A DNA stretch of 63,809 nt, the filler included, from Guillardia theta CCMP2712 (taxonomy: Eukaryota > Protista > Cryptophyta), in NCBI RefSeq assembly GCF_000315625.1. It is 5 parts of 5 records of this genome, joined end to end, with 100 filler letters (N's around TTAATTAATTAA, not from the genome) between each part and the next. Parts side by side here need not be neighbours in the genome. Positions count along the whole stretch, not along the records: positions 1 to 26,310 come from NW_005434469.1; 4 more parts are not named here. One strand, given 5' to 3'. The notes beneath the pieces were generated by a model. That model was given only the letters and a program-made list of their open reading frames with translations, was not told the origin of the DNA and did not search any database. The position numbers were made by a program, and so were the translations under genes. Below, in pieces: positions 1-11,391 of this stretch (its first letter is position 1; each line of letters starts with the position of its first letter).

Positions 1-98
1 TCAACATCTCCTCCTCCTCCTCCTCCTCCTCCTCCTCCTCCTCCTCCATCGTCTCCTCCTCCCTTCTCTCTCACTTCTGCTCCTGCTCTCCCCTTACC

Positions 99-2601
99 AT
101 CTTCTCCGGTGAGATTGCTGAAAGCACGAAGATCATTAGGCAGAGGTCCATGCTTGCAGCTTCTACCTGACATGAGCATCGTCATTACAGCAGCATCTTC
201 CTCCTCCTCCACTGCCTCCTTCCTCTACCTCTTCTTCGTCCTTCGTTGCCTTCCTCTCTCCTCTTCCTGGCTGCTCTATGTCTTCTTTCTCTCCATTCTG
301 TTCCCTCTTCACTCCTGCCCCCCCGAACTACCATACCTTCTCCTCCTCCTCGTCTCCCCCCCTCTCCTCCCCATCCTCCACTTCATCCTCCTCGCCCTCG
401 TCCACAACCACCACTCGCACCATCATGCTCCCCATCAACCTCTCGTAAGTCACATGGACTTGAACTTGACTCACATGTTCCAAAAGAGCATCTTTGGTGA
501 TGTCATTGACAAAACTTGTACACCTTGCAGCCGAAAATAATCAGTTTGAACGCTCAGCTCTAAACACTACTCATTACCGCGATTTGTCGTAGCCTTCCGA
601 TGTCTGAAGAATGCTAATCGCATTCTCTGAGAAATCGCAACCCCTGTTGCATCCAGTCAGCACTGTAGCGATGACAGTGCTGTTGGCGGTGATGGTCGGG
701 GAGGTGCAGGTGGAGGGGAAGGTGACAGTAATGGTGATGATAACAAGGAGGAGGAGGAGGAGAGGAGGAGGAGGAGAGGAGGAGGAGGAGGAGGAGGAGG
801 AGGAGGAGGAGGAGGAGGGCATACCATATTTGAGCTGTCGGATTCACTTCCAACAAGGGGAGGATCGTGTTCCCAACTCCACATCCGACCTGAGAGATGT
901 TCTCAGCAACACAACAACACAATCGCTCATCTCTCAGATTCAGCTCACTTCGATGATTTTCAACTTAGCATCTCTCAAACAATTCCATTCCTGTTGTGCT
1001 TGAATCAATTGTAACAAGACCGTCGGTGATGGCACAACAATCTTCACCTTGTCGAGGTAATGTCTATCCTTGAAGAATCTGTTCTCATTTACCTTGAATT
1101 GCTTTAGCCATCTTTATCATGTCAAAATCTCGTTCACCTTGTAAAAAACATCCCAGCATCTCCTCGCTTCTGTCTCGTATCTGTTCTTCCAAAACTCCGT
1201 CACCTGAACAATAAGAATTCACGTCATCCCTTGAAATCACACAGAGAAATTTCAAACTTACAGGCCTGTTGTCCTTGAGAAGGATTCTTTTCATCTCCTC
1301 CATGGAGACCTCTGTAGAACATAGAGACATCAACATGGCTCCCGGGAAACAAATCTCAACACTCATATACTACTTGCACATTCTCAACAAGCTTTTGTCA
1401 GTCACGAGTCATGATCTCAAACTTTTAGGTAATGACATCATTGAATGTTGCTCCACCTTCCCTCTCTACAACTCTCTTCAGCAGCGTCTTCACTCCTACC
1501 TCTTCCCCCCGCGCTCGTGTAGTAATCCCCGTCCTCTACTTTCCAAACTCCGTTGGCTGGGCACGAAAGTCAAGAGACAGCATCAGGACAAGGAGGGTAG
1601 AGGACAAGGAGGGTAGAGGACAAGGAGGGTAGAGGACAAGGAGGGTAGAGGACAAGGAGGTAGAGGACAAGGAGGGTAGAGGACAAGGAGGGTAGAGGAT
1701 AAGGAGGGTAGAGGACAAGGAGGGTAGAGGACAAGCGAGCAAGAGGACAAGGAGGGTAGAGGACAAGCGAGCAACGAAGCTTACCGAGCTGCTCCTGGTC
1801 AAACGGAGCCAAAAACTCAACGTCGTCGTCGTGCTCATCGTCCCTCGGCTCTATCCTCGTCATCTCAGATATCTCCACTGCTCTCCTCACCCCCCTGTCG
1901 AAAAATTTTCTTCAGCCTCCACGTCCACAAGAGCAGGCGGGCAAACCTCTCGAACGTCTCACTCCACGCCCTCGTTGCATCTCCCGCATGCTCCCACAAC
2001 CTCTCCACCGAGCTCTCAAACTTAGCATTGCCCGCCGATGCGACCCTCGATGTGCCACATTTTTGGATGCTTCCCCAACCTCCTCGTGAACTGTCCATTC
2101 CCATAACCTCAGCTTCGCTCGACCTGACATCTCGTCATCCACCGTACAAACTCCTCCAGCAACATCACCTGCTGGCAACGTTTGCATGATCCAATGATGA
2201 AGCTGCTTCCACAACAAGATGGCTCGGTGGGGCAGATGCAGAGAACCGTTCTTTCTCCCTCTCCTCTTCCTCTCGATTCGCTTCCAGGCTCTTCCAAACT
2301 TTGTACGTGAGGAAACCAGCGAGGAACGCTGTTCCTGTACAATCACCTCAGCTATAACGTACCCTCTCCCTCCCCCCTGCCCCCTGCCCCCTGCTCCGTC
2401 CCCCATTGCCCCCTGCTCCCTGCTCCGTCCCCCTTGCTCCCTTCTCCCTGCTCCGTCCCCCCTTGCTCCCTGTCCTCCCTGCTCCCTGCTCCCTGCTCCC
2501 TGCTCCCTGCTCCCTGCTCCCTGCTCCCTGCTCCCTCCTCCCTCCTCCCTCCTCCCTGCTCCCTCCTCCCTCCTCTTACCTATCGCCAAAGTCTTCTGCA
2601 T
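99..2601 (-). CDS. Multi-exon hypothetical protein with N-terminal hydrophobic anchor (3' end outside window or unresolved)
   Basis: ATG at 2601 gives MQKTLAIG; a GT..AG intron then joins in frame to TAFLAGFLTYKVWKSLEANREEEEREKE. Further exon-like segments (e.g. 1085-1366) alternate with microsatellite-filled introns. No family recognised. Confidence 0.45.
1585..1770. repeat. Intronic 16-bp minisatellite (AGGACAAGGAGGGTAG)n, about 11 copies
   Basis: Direct tandem copies visible, with minor variants. Confidence 0.9.
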
Positions 2602-2679
2602 GTGCACTCGGATCCCTGAACTTTTACTCAACTCGACCCAATTACCCGACCATTCACTCAAATTACCACCCCTGATACA

Positions 2680-3130
2680 ACAGTACCCCTACTTTATGTA
2701 TCTACTACCCGGTACTTTCACACTTTTTAAAACCTCGTCTTTTAAAGTAACGTCCACCCTTTTTTTAAAAAGTATTACATCCACCCCTCCAGTCTCCCCA
2801 ATTTGTACTACCCCAGTACTTTCCTTCAAGTACCCCGCCTTATCCCTCCTCAGTACCCCACCTCTTTGTAGCCTACCCCTTCATTTCACTATACCCCTAC
2901 CCCCACCATATATCGCCGATCACCTTCACTTTTCATATTACCCCACCCCTACACATGATATATTTTTGTACCCCCACCCCTTCATTTTGCATCCTGGACC
3001 CCCCGTTTTAGAACTGCAGTATGGCGCGAGGTACCCCCACCCCTCTTCTTTACTAGAAGATACCCTACTTTTAGCTCTGATTCTTTTTGGTACCCCTACC
3101 CCATCCATGACCCAAAAGTACCCCATCAAT
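2680..3130 (+). promoter_or_regulatory. Divergent intergenic region densely packed with TACCC(C) motifs
   Basis: About 15 TACCC motifs counted by eye in ~450 bp, all on one strand, between two head-to-head genes. Confidence 0.45.
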
Positions 3131-3504
3131 GTACTTGACCACAGGGGGGTGGTGGTTGTTGGCAGAGAAGCGACTGGGGGAGCGTGCTATTTGGTTGAGA
3201 AGAAATTATCGACAGGGGTATAATTTGACTTCAAGTCAAGGAGTGGTAATGATACCATCTGAGTTCAAAAAGACAGCAAATTAAATATATGATATATGGA
3301 AGGTGTCTTTTTCATGAAACTATTTATTTAAAATACAAGGATGGTTATAAACTATCAATTTTAGTCATATTTGACAAAATATATTACTCACAATCATATC
3401 CGTAGTTCTCAATGGAAAGAGGGTGGGCCCCTCGATGTTGGTGGCACCCACCTTTCCAATCCCCCCTCGGGAAAGAGGAGAGCCAAGGCGCTCGTGTGGC
3501 GGCC

Positions 3505-4416
3505 ATGGCGACGAGCAACCCGTTCGCGCTGCTCAATGACGAAGGAGAGGAGGAGGAGGGAGGGAAGATGCAGGTTCCCAAACCCGCTCTCTCCGCCGAT
3601 CAGAAGAAGCCTCCTGTCCAGGCCAAGAAGCCCGATGCTCCCGCTGAAGGCCAGGTGAAGAAGGACGGAGAGAGGTCGGGAGGGAACTCGCAGGGCAAGA
3701 AGCCAGCGGGGAAGGAGGAAGGAGGAAGATCCGAAGGCAGGGGCCAGAGAGGAGAAGGAGGTGGAAGGAACGGTCAGAACAAGCAAGACAAGGGTGACGG
3801 CGAGAGACGCCCCCGTCGTGATCGTGACAGAGGAGGAAGAGGACGGGGAACTGGAGCGAGAGGAGGAAACGGTCGCCGCGGTGGACACCAGAACGAGGAG
3901 CCAGCACGGGAGCTCACCGAGGAAGAAAAGGCTGCCGCCGCCGCCGCCGCCGCGGAGGAGGAGGAGGAGAGGAAGAGGGAGGAGGCCAAGATGACCTTGA
4001 CCGAGTACCTCAAGCAGAAGCAAGAGGAGAACGCCAGCAAGGAGGCGCTGAATGTTCGCAAGGTGGAGGAGATCGACATGAAGGGACTGAAGGTTCTCGA
4101 CAAGGAGGAGGAGGACGAGCTCAATGCGCTTGCTCATGACTCCAACAAGGGCCACAAGGCCAAGAAGAGCGGAAGGCAGGGCAAGGTCGAAGTCTTGACC
4201 GATCTCAACTTTCAGATCGCCTCCGGCGAGAGCGAGAGGAAGCCGCAGGGAGGCTCCCAGGGACGCGACAGGAACACAAGAGGAGGACGCCGAGGCGGTG
4301 GAGATCGCGGAGGGGCCAGAGGGGGAGGAGGAGGAGGAGGAGGAGGGGGACGGAGGACTGGGCCGTCGGTCGAGATCAACATCAGTGATGACTCAGCTTT
4401 CCCCAAGTTGGGTTAA
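3505..4416 (+). CDS. Stm1/SERBP1 (HABP4_PAI-RBP1)-like RGG RNA/ribosome-binding protein, single exon
   Basis: N-terminal MATSNPFALL, central EAKMTLTEYL, RGG boxes and C-terminal DDSAFPKLG are hallmarks of this family. Confidence 0.88.
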   Translation: MATSNPFALLNDEGEEEEGGKMQVPKPALSADQKKPPVQAKKPDAPAEGQVKKDGERSGGNSQGKKPAGKEEGGRSEGRGQRGEGGGRNGQNKQDKGDGERRPRRDRDRGGRGRGTGARGGNGRRGGHQNEEPARELTEEEKAAAAAAAAEEEEERKREEAKMTLTEYLKQKQEENASKEALNVRKVEEIDMKGLKVLDKEEEDELNALAHDSNKGHKAKKSGRQGKVEVLTDLNFQIASGESERKPQGGSQGRDRNTRGGRRGGGDRGGARGGGGGGGGGGRRTGPSVEINISDDSAFPKLG

Positions 4417-4829
4417 CTCGCTTGATGGCGCAGCTTGTTTGGTGTGCTCTTTCTCTCTCTCTCTTTGCATGCAAGGCAAGACCAAGATTTTGTTCAAATT
4501 TTCGCTATCGTCTTCCAATGCCGCTTCCCCTCTTTATCATGTCAAATGGGACGGGTATTCCCACCGGGCATGCGCTACCCACGTCGTGTAGTCACTTCAT
4601 TGTGCAGCAGAATGACAGTGCTGAAGGTTGTCAGTTGCGTGTTCCAACGACGCTCTTCTCTCTTGAACAGATTGCACACGGAGTTCGACGATGTCTTTAC
4701 GATTTTTTCTATACTCACATGTTGACATGCTCTTTCAGCATGGACATGTTTTCTTGTACGCAGAGCTGTTTGGATTATTTCTGCCCTGCTCGTTTAATAC
4801 ATATCGATTACCAAACTTGAAAGCGGCGA

Positions 4830-5633
4830 TCACGAGAAATCCGGCAGCAGCGCAGTCCAACCATCGAAGGCACTAAGGGCTTCGTTCAAGTATCCCCTCA
4901 CTTCCTCCATATTTCTCTTCTTCGCCGCCTTGTCCAGGTTCTGAAGAGCCTTGTTGAACTTGTTGGCGTTGTCGTCGGCCTTTGACTTGTCAACTTGGAG
5001 CTTCGCCTTCTTGATTTTATCTATCAGCAAGTTCATTCCATCCTTTCGAAGAGCCGTATCGTACAGCCTTGCCATCCTCCTCACGTCGTCCCATGCCGAG
5101 AAGTCGTCGGCCTGACCGTCAAGCTGCTTGAAAGCCTCCTGCATGTCCTTCTCCAACGTCTTCCTCCCCGAGATCAGGACCTCAGTTTGATTCTTCAGCG
5201 CGAGCATCTGCTTCTTCCTCTGCTCCGCTCTTGCCGCCTCCGCCTCCGCCTCCCTCTGACGAGCAAGCTCTCTCTCCTCCTCGAAGATGTCCCTGTACAC
5301 TCTCTTGGGAGGAGGTAGGTTCTTGGGCTGGTTGCATCCTAGCATACTCTGACAAACCCCGTCGTTCCCATCCGCCGCCTCTGCTGCCACCGCATCCTTG
5401 GAGAAGGAGGAGACTAGCTGAGCAGCGCCTAGTGTGGAGAGGAGGGAAAGGACGCTCCTCCTCCCAACCTGCTCGCCCTCTTGCTCGCTTAGACTCATCC
5501 TGGTCCTGCCAGGCAGAGCTGAGCGAGCTCGGTGCGCTCCCTTGCATTCTCGCAAGAGAGTCGCAGGATGTTGGAAAGAGGCCACGTCTCCAGCATAGAG
5601 CACAACAAGAGCGAGTAGGAGAGCGCGTTTCAT
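4830..5633 (-). CDS. PsbQ-like (OEE3 family) thylakoid lumen protein with tripartite targeting presequence
   Basis: Signal peptide MKRALLLALVVLYAGDVAS-F, a transit peptide, a twin-Arg signal GRRSVLSLL..AVAA, and a C-terminal helical domain WDDVRRMAR..LRKD..LQNLDKAAKKRN..YLNEALSAFD resembling PsbQ. Confidence 0.65.
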   Translation of the reverse strand: MKRALLLALVVLYAGDVASFQHPATLLRECKGAHRARSALPGRTRMSLSEQEGEQVGRRSVLSLLSTLGAAQLVSSFSKDAVAAEAADGNDGVCQSMLGCNQPKNLPPPKRVYRDIFEEERELARQREAEAEAARAEQRKKQMLALKNQTEVLISGRKTLEKDMQEAFKQLDGQADDFSAWDDVRRMARLYDTALRKDGMNLLIDKIKKAKLQVDKSKADDNANKFNKALQNLDKAAKKRNMEEVRGYLNEALSAFDGWTALLPDFS

Positions 5634-6783
5634 CGGAAGCGTCTTGAAACTGCGATGATGGTGGAGGTACTTCACGGATGAAGGATCGTGTAGATCTGAA
5701 AAGGAACTCTTGTGAGTACGTCGAATGCCAACCGAGTTCGAAGAGAGAGGAACGCAGCCATTTCACTGATTACGTAGATTGTACTTTGAGCATCCACTAA
5801 TTGCCAGCATGATTTACCACTCTTCTGATCTCGTGATGCTCAAATGCATTATTTCTCCTGCTGCTGCTGCTGCCCCTTGTGCTACTCCTACACCTGTTCC
5901 TGTCCGTGTTCCTGTTCCCCTGTTCCCCTGTTCCTGCTCTTCCCTCTTCTGCTTCCGTTCCTTTTCCTCGCCGAAGACCTACTGCTTTCCTTCGTGTTTT
6001 GAACATGTACCTTTTGCCACTTGATCGACGAGTGCTGTTCTCCTAGTTCCATGTTCATGTTTCCTACCTTGTATCCTTGACCTGCTCTACTCATCCTAGC
6101 TCTCTGCGTCCATTCCTACTTCGATCTCCTCCCACTCCATCCGATTTCCGTTCCTCCTCTTCCTCCAATTATCCGGATCCTTCTGATTCTCTTGATCCTC
6201 CTGATCCTCCTCGTCCTCCTCGTCGTCCTCCTCCTGATCACCTTCCTCTTCCTCCTCTTCCTCCTCTTCCTCCTCTTCCTCCTCTTCCCCCTCTTCCTCC
6301 TCTTCCCCCTCCTACTCATCTCCTCCTCCTCCTCCTCCTCCTCCTCCACCACCACCTCCTCCTCTCCCTTCTGAACACTTCCTCCGCCTGCATCGATCCT
6401 TTAGAACTACCACCCCCACCCACTCTCTCCTCCTTCAAAAGGACCCACCCCTCTGTACCCTCTGTCAGTGACTGAAACGGACAATCAAGTTTGACTGGTG
6501 AGGAGCGAATGAGAGGGAGGAGGAGGAGGAGGAGGGGGGGGAGGGGGACGAGGAAGGAAGAGGGGGAGGAGCAGGAGGAGGAGCAGGAGCAAGAGGAGGA
6601 GCAGGAGGAGCAGGAGGAGGAGCAGGAGGAGCAGGAGCAGGAGGAGATGACGAGAAGAAAGAAGGACGGCAAGAGGAAAGATATCAAGGAGTGGAATGGA
6701 CAAGCGTAAGCGTGCTGATCCAGGGAGGAGAAAAAGAAACTTGACATTGACTGGCCTCTCACTTGACATCTTATCTTCCTGCC

Positions 6784-7092
6784 ATGCAGCAAGTATCGGG
6801 GGTACCGAGGACAGCAGCGGGGCAGCAACAGGGAGCAGCGGAGAACATGGAGGGAGGGAGTCCGCAAGAGCGGATCGCCGCGCTGGAGATCAGGTTGCGA
6901 CTGACGCAGGACGCAGCTGAGGCGCAGGGGGTAAATCGCAGCCTCGAGTCGTTGATCTTTGCTGTCAAGGCGGAGGACGACCCTCCTTGAGAGAGGAGAA
7001 GAGTGAGAAGAGGAGGGGTGTTGGCCTGACCCCTCCTGCTCCTTCCTCTCCTGTCTCCTTCTTCCCTCCTTCCTCGTTCCTCGTTCTTCGTT

Positions 7093-7126
<34 letters not shown>

Positions 7127-7834
7127 TTCCTGCTCCTGCTCCTCCTCCTCCTCCTCCTCCTCCTCCTCCTCCCTCTCGTTTTCTTCTCCACTGCTACCAT
7201 GAGCAAAAACTCTGGAAACCTGCCTCCTCCACCACACCTTTTCTCCTCCTTCCTCCTAACCTCATCATGAGTGACATGGCCGATGGCAGGCGAGGCGGCA
7301 GAGAAGGCTGCGTTCCTGCTGGGAAATGAGAGCAAACTGCTGAGACGTCAGAATCATGAGCTGAAAACAGCGCTAAAGCAGCAGGGAGGACGGGGAGCGA
7401 GCAGGAGGGACGTGTACGAGGAAACAGTCATGTTCATGGACAGGTTCCTGACGGTAGGAGAGCTAGTAGAAGAGAGTGAAGCACTGCACGAGAGGATGAG
7501 GGAGTGCGAAGAGAGAGAGGAGAGGAGAGAGCGGGAGCTGGCGCAGGCAAGATATGGGGCGAAGCAGGTTGTAAGCGATGATGGATGTATCAACAGTTGC
7601 AGCTGACTGTTTGTTTGTGTTCTTGCAGGTGGATGGGATAGTAGAAAAGGTTCAGCTGCGAGTTGACGAGGTTGAGAAGACGATGAAGGTCAGTCAGAGA
7701 AATAGTCGTGTTCTTGATGTTTTGAACCTTGACTTGTACAGAGGCTGCAGACTGAGACGACAAGACAGGTTTTGATCTTCTTCAGTTCATATTCATCTTC
7801 TTCCCATGTTGAGTTTTATCTCCTGCTCCTGCTT

Positions 7835-7893
<59 letters not shown>

Positions 7894-10770
7894 CCTCTTG
7901 TTCCATTCCATGATGGCTATTCTCACAGATGGCAAGCAAGAATGTTTGACAGGATTCTCCCTCATGTATTTTCCTAACGCCGCTGCGTACAGAAATCCAA
8001 GTCTCAAAATCACCACTTGGATGAATCGACAACGGTATGTACCAGAGTTCCTGACGATTTCTATCGTTCAACGGCAATGATGTCATTCTTGACATTCATC
8101 GCAAACAATAGCTTCAACTTCACAAGAGGATTCAAAATCTTTCAGACGAGGTAAGATTAGACTCAGGAGTGAACGTCTGAATCGAGTAAGACGTTTCCTC
8201 GACCAGCTGAAGATCAAGGAGGTTGAAATAAGTGAGATGAAAGATCAACTTCACGTTGCCAAGGTTGTCAAATGAATATTTGAGAGGCTTTTGATGAGCG
8301 AAATTCTTGTGGCGATTCTTGATTTATTTTAATATTTAGCTGTCAAATATCATGTCTTTGTCTTGTCTTGACCTGTCTTGTCTTGTCCTGTCCTGTTTAC
8401 AGTGGCCTTTTCTTTTCTTGACCTACAGGTTTCTTGTCGTGTATTGACTTGTGTTGTCTTGTCGTATTGTGTACCGTAAAGTTGTATTCTCAATTCTACC
8501 TTGCTCTTGCTCTGTCATGCTTTTTCGGATGTTACAATCAATCTTTCGATCTGATCTCAAAAAAATTGTTTCCAGGTGCCGTATCACGAGCAAAGATGGC
8601 TGATAGAACGAAGTGCTTTCGAAGACAAGATTGAAGAATTGGAAAAGACTGTCAGTTGTTTGTTTACAGCCTTGCTGTTTTGCATGTCTGAACTTGCCGG
8701 ATAATAAAAGTGCAGGTTACGGGCATGTTTGCTGAGATCCAAGCAAAGAGCTACAAAGTCGACAAACTGGTAGCGATGATCACTTGGAAATGACTTGAAG
8801 CTCACTTGTGACTATCAATGCAGACAAAAGAGATTGAATCAATGAAGAAAGATGCGACCAGAAGAGAAGAATATTGCCAGGAGTTATCCAAGAAGTTTAT
8901 GTCACAGGTGCACAAATCATCATCGACAAGATTTGTAGCAAACAAATTACACACTAGTCTCATCCTTGATATGATATCATTTCTCCCATGTAGCGTTTCT
9001 CCTCACGTTTCTTGTTTGTTGTTGGTTTGTTTTTTTGATCTTTTGGTTCCGCAGGAAATAACCAAGAACGAGCAGCAAAAATCAACTGCCGATCTTGCAT
9101 TGCGCTATCAAGAGCTGCTCGAGGTATTTGTTGTTGTGTTAGAACGATGCCTCTGTTTCATCACGCAAGTTGAAACAAGTGAAACAGGAGCATTCATGGG
9201 TCAAGAAACTGCATGCGGTTGCCGAGGATCAGGTTTGCTGTTCAAACCATGTTTGTAACAACGACTATGTTTTTTGTGTTGTTGATCAGAAAGTGATGGT
9301 TTATCTTTATTGTTGATGAAGAAAATGATTAATTCATGGGAGACTGTTGAACCTCGACCTGAAAAATTACAATGTGCCCCTGTAGTTTGAAAATTTCTGG
9401 TTGTGTTTGAAGAAGGGATTTGGAGAGTTGTTGTACCATCACATGACACGATGGGTCAATCAGATAGTTCGCCTCCACGAAGAGCTTCATGATGCAAATA
9501 TGACGATGAAGGTGAAACTGTCCATGTTGTTTGATAAAGTGTTTATGATGTTTGCAGGAGCGAGAAGCAAACAAGATAGAGATTATGTCAAAGACAAATA
9601 GAATGGTTGATGATTGACATGAGATGAGAAATGAAACCTTGACACGATTGAAGATTGTCGACGTCGAAGAAGCGAAGATAATGCAAGAACAATTGCTACA
9701 AACGTTTGCGACAGCTGCGCATTCATGAAAAGTGATTGATCTTTGTGCAGAAAGCAGCAATTGAACAATGAGATGGGGTTGAAACAGATGCAAGTTGAGG
9801 AGACAAGAAAAAGTATTTGATGTGTTCAATGACAAATGTTTTGTCACATGTTATGCTGTAGCGTTGATCAGATACAACGAGCTGAACATGGAAATGAAGA
9901 TGACACAGGTAAAACCAATTCATATAGATGATGATGACGATGATGACGACGATGATGATGATTGAAAGAATGATATTGACATGATGGATAGGCTCAAATT
10001 GAACATCTGAAGAATATGTTGATGTAAGTCCTAGACGCAAGTCGATGTGAAAACTGAACGTCTACTCCTCTCCTCTCCTCTCCTCTCCTCTCCTCTCCTC
10101 TCCTCTCCTCTCCTCTCCTCTCCTCTCCTCTCCTCTCCTCTCCTCTCCTCTCCTCTCCTCTCCTCTCCTCTCCTCTCCTCTCCTCTCCTCTCCTCTCCTC
10201 TCCTCTCCTCTCCTCTCCTTTCCCCTTCCCCCTTCTTCTCTCTCCTCTCCTCTTCCCCCAGGGAGGCCGAGCAAGCAAATGTGTCTCTGCACGAGCAGCT
10301 ATCAGCCTCGATTGCTCGTGAGGAAAATCTCAAGAGACATTGTGATAAGGTGGTCAAGAAACCATGGAGTTTGACAACCTCTGAAGACTTTCGTCAGATT
10401 TCATGTGAATATCTGCAGAGAATTGAAATGATGAAGGCAAATTTTCGGAACGCCTCTGAATCTTAATCCTCATGTTGTTGTGTAGAGACCAGAACAGAAA
10501 ACAGTGATTATTACCCAACCCGACGATACAACGATGAAATTTTCAGGTAAAAAGACAACTTGTTGCTGTGTTGTACAAAAAGAAGACAAAGCGTACAAAA
10601 CTAGCTTGCACAGATGATTCTTTTCTTCCTCTGCTAACATGTTCTCTTCTTTGCTTTCTTCTCAGAAATGGAAAAATCCCTCAGAAAACTCAAAGAGCAA
10701 TTGAGGGTGATGCGATGAACTGCACTGTGGAACATATCATTCAAACGGTCTCTTGTTTGACGACACGTTG
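6784..10770 (+). CDS. Multi-exon long coiled-coil protein (boundaries approximate)
   Basis: Many short E/K/Q/L-rich exons flanked by AG/GT, e.g. ERIAALEIRLRLTQD, KLLRRQNHELKTALKQ, TKEIESMKKDATRREEYCQELSKKF, EAEQANVSLHEQLSASIAREENLKRHCDK. Confidence 0.55.
10064..10220. repeat. (CTCCT)n intronic microsatellite, representative of many (CCT, CAT, AAC, CTCCTG, AGAGC tracts)
   Basis: Directly visible; similar tracts occupy most long introns, e.g. 20220-20410 and 21525-21650. Confidence 0.95.
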
Positions 10771-11117
10771 ATTCCCTATTTTTCAGAAAGCTCAACATGA
10801 GATCGAAGAGAAAGATAGAAGATTGTTAGAGTAAGAACAAAACTCTTTCTAGCTCTCTCAGTGACTTTGTGCGGTTGATTCAGGTATGCAAGGTTGTCGG
10901 GACACAAAAGAAGCCAAAAGGTGAGAAAACAAATGAGAACCAACTGAGGATATGTAGGAGTCGGTTGTGATGCATGTTCGAGGATCCATATTTCCTCCAA
11001 GCATTTCATCATTTCACATTCATGCGTGTGCGTCTTCCAACTGCTTTCTGCTGTTGTCCTCGCTATTGTCATCGTCATCGTCATCATCTCCATCATCATC
11101 AGCATCATCATCATCAT

Positions 11118-11161
<44 letters not shown>

Positions 11162-11391
11162 GCATCATTTCCAATATCACTATCTAACAATTATCAGCGT
11201 TTCATGACAACACGTTTTCTTTTTCATGTGATACTAAATGTTTCGTTTGACAGCTGAAATCAGATCGAAATACGAATGAGCCATCTGCAAAGGTTCGCTG
11301 GCCATTTGAAATGTCTGATGTGCATTTGAAATTATGTGCGTCCAATCTGAAGTCTCATCGACATGTGGATGAAGAAAGCAAGATGAAAATT

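Noticed and set aside
5860-7200. Many poly-E/R/P/L/S ORFs in the ORF track, here and throughout the window
   Set aside because: Translations of intronic or intergenic microsatellites that lack stop codons.
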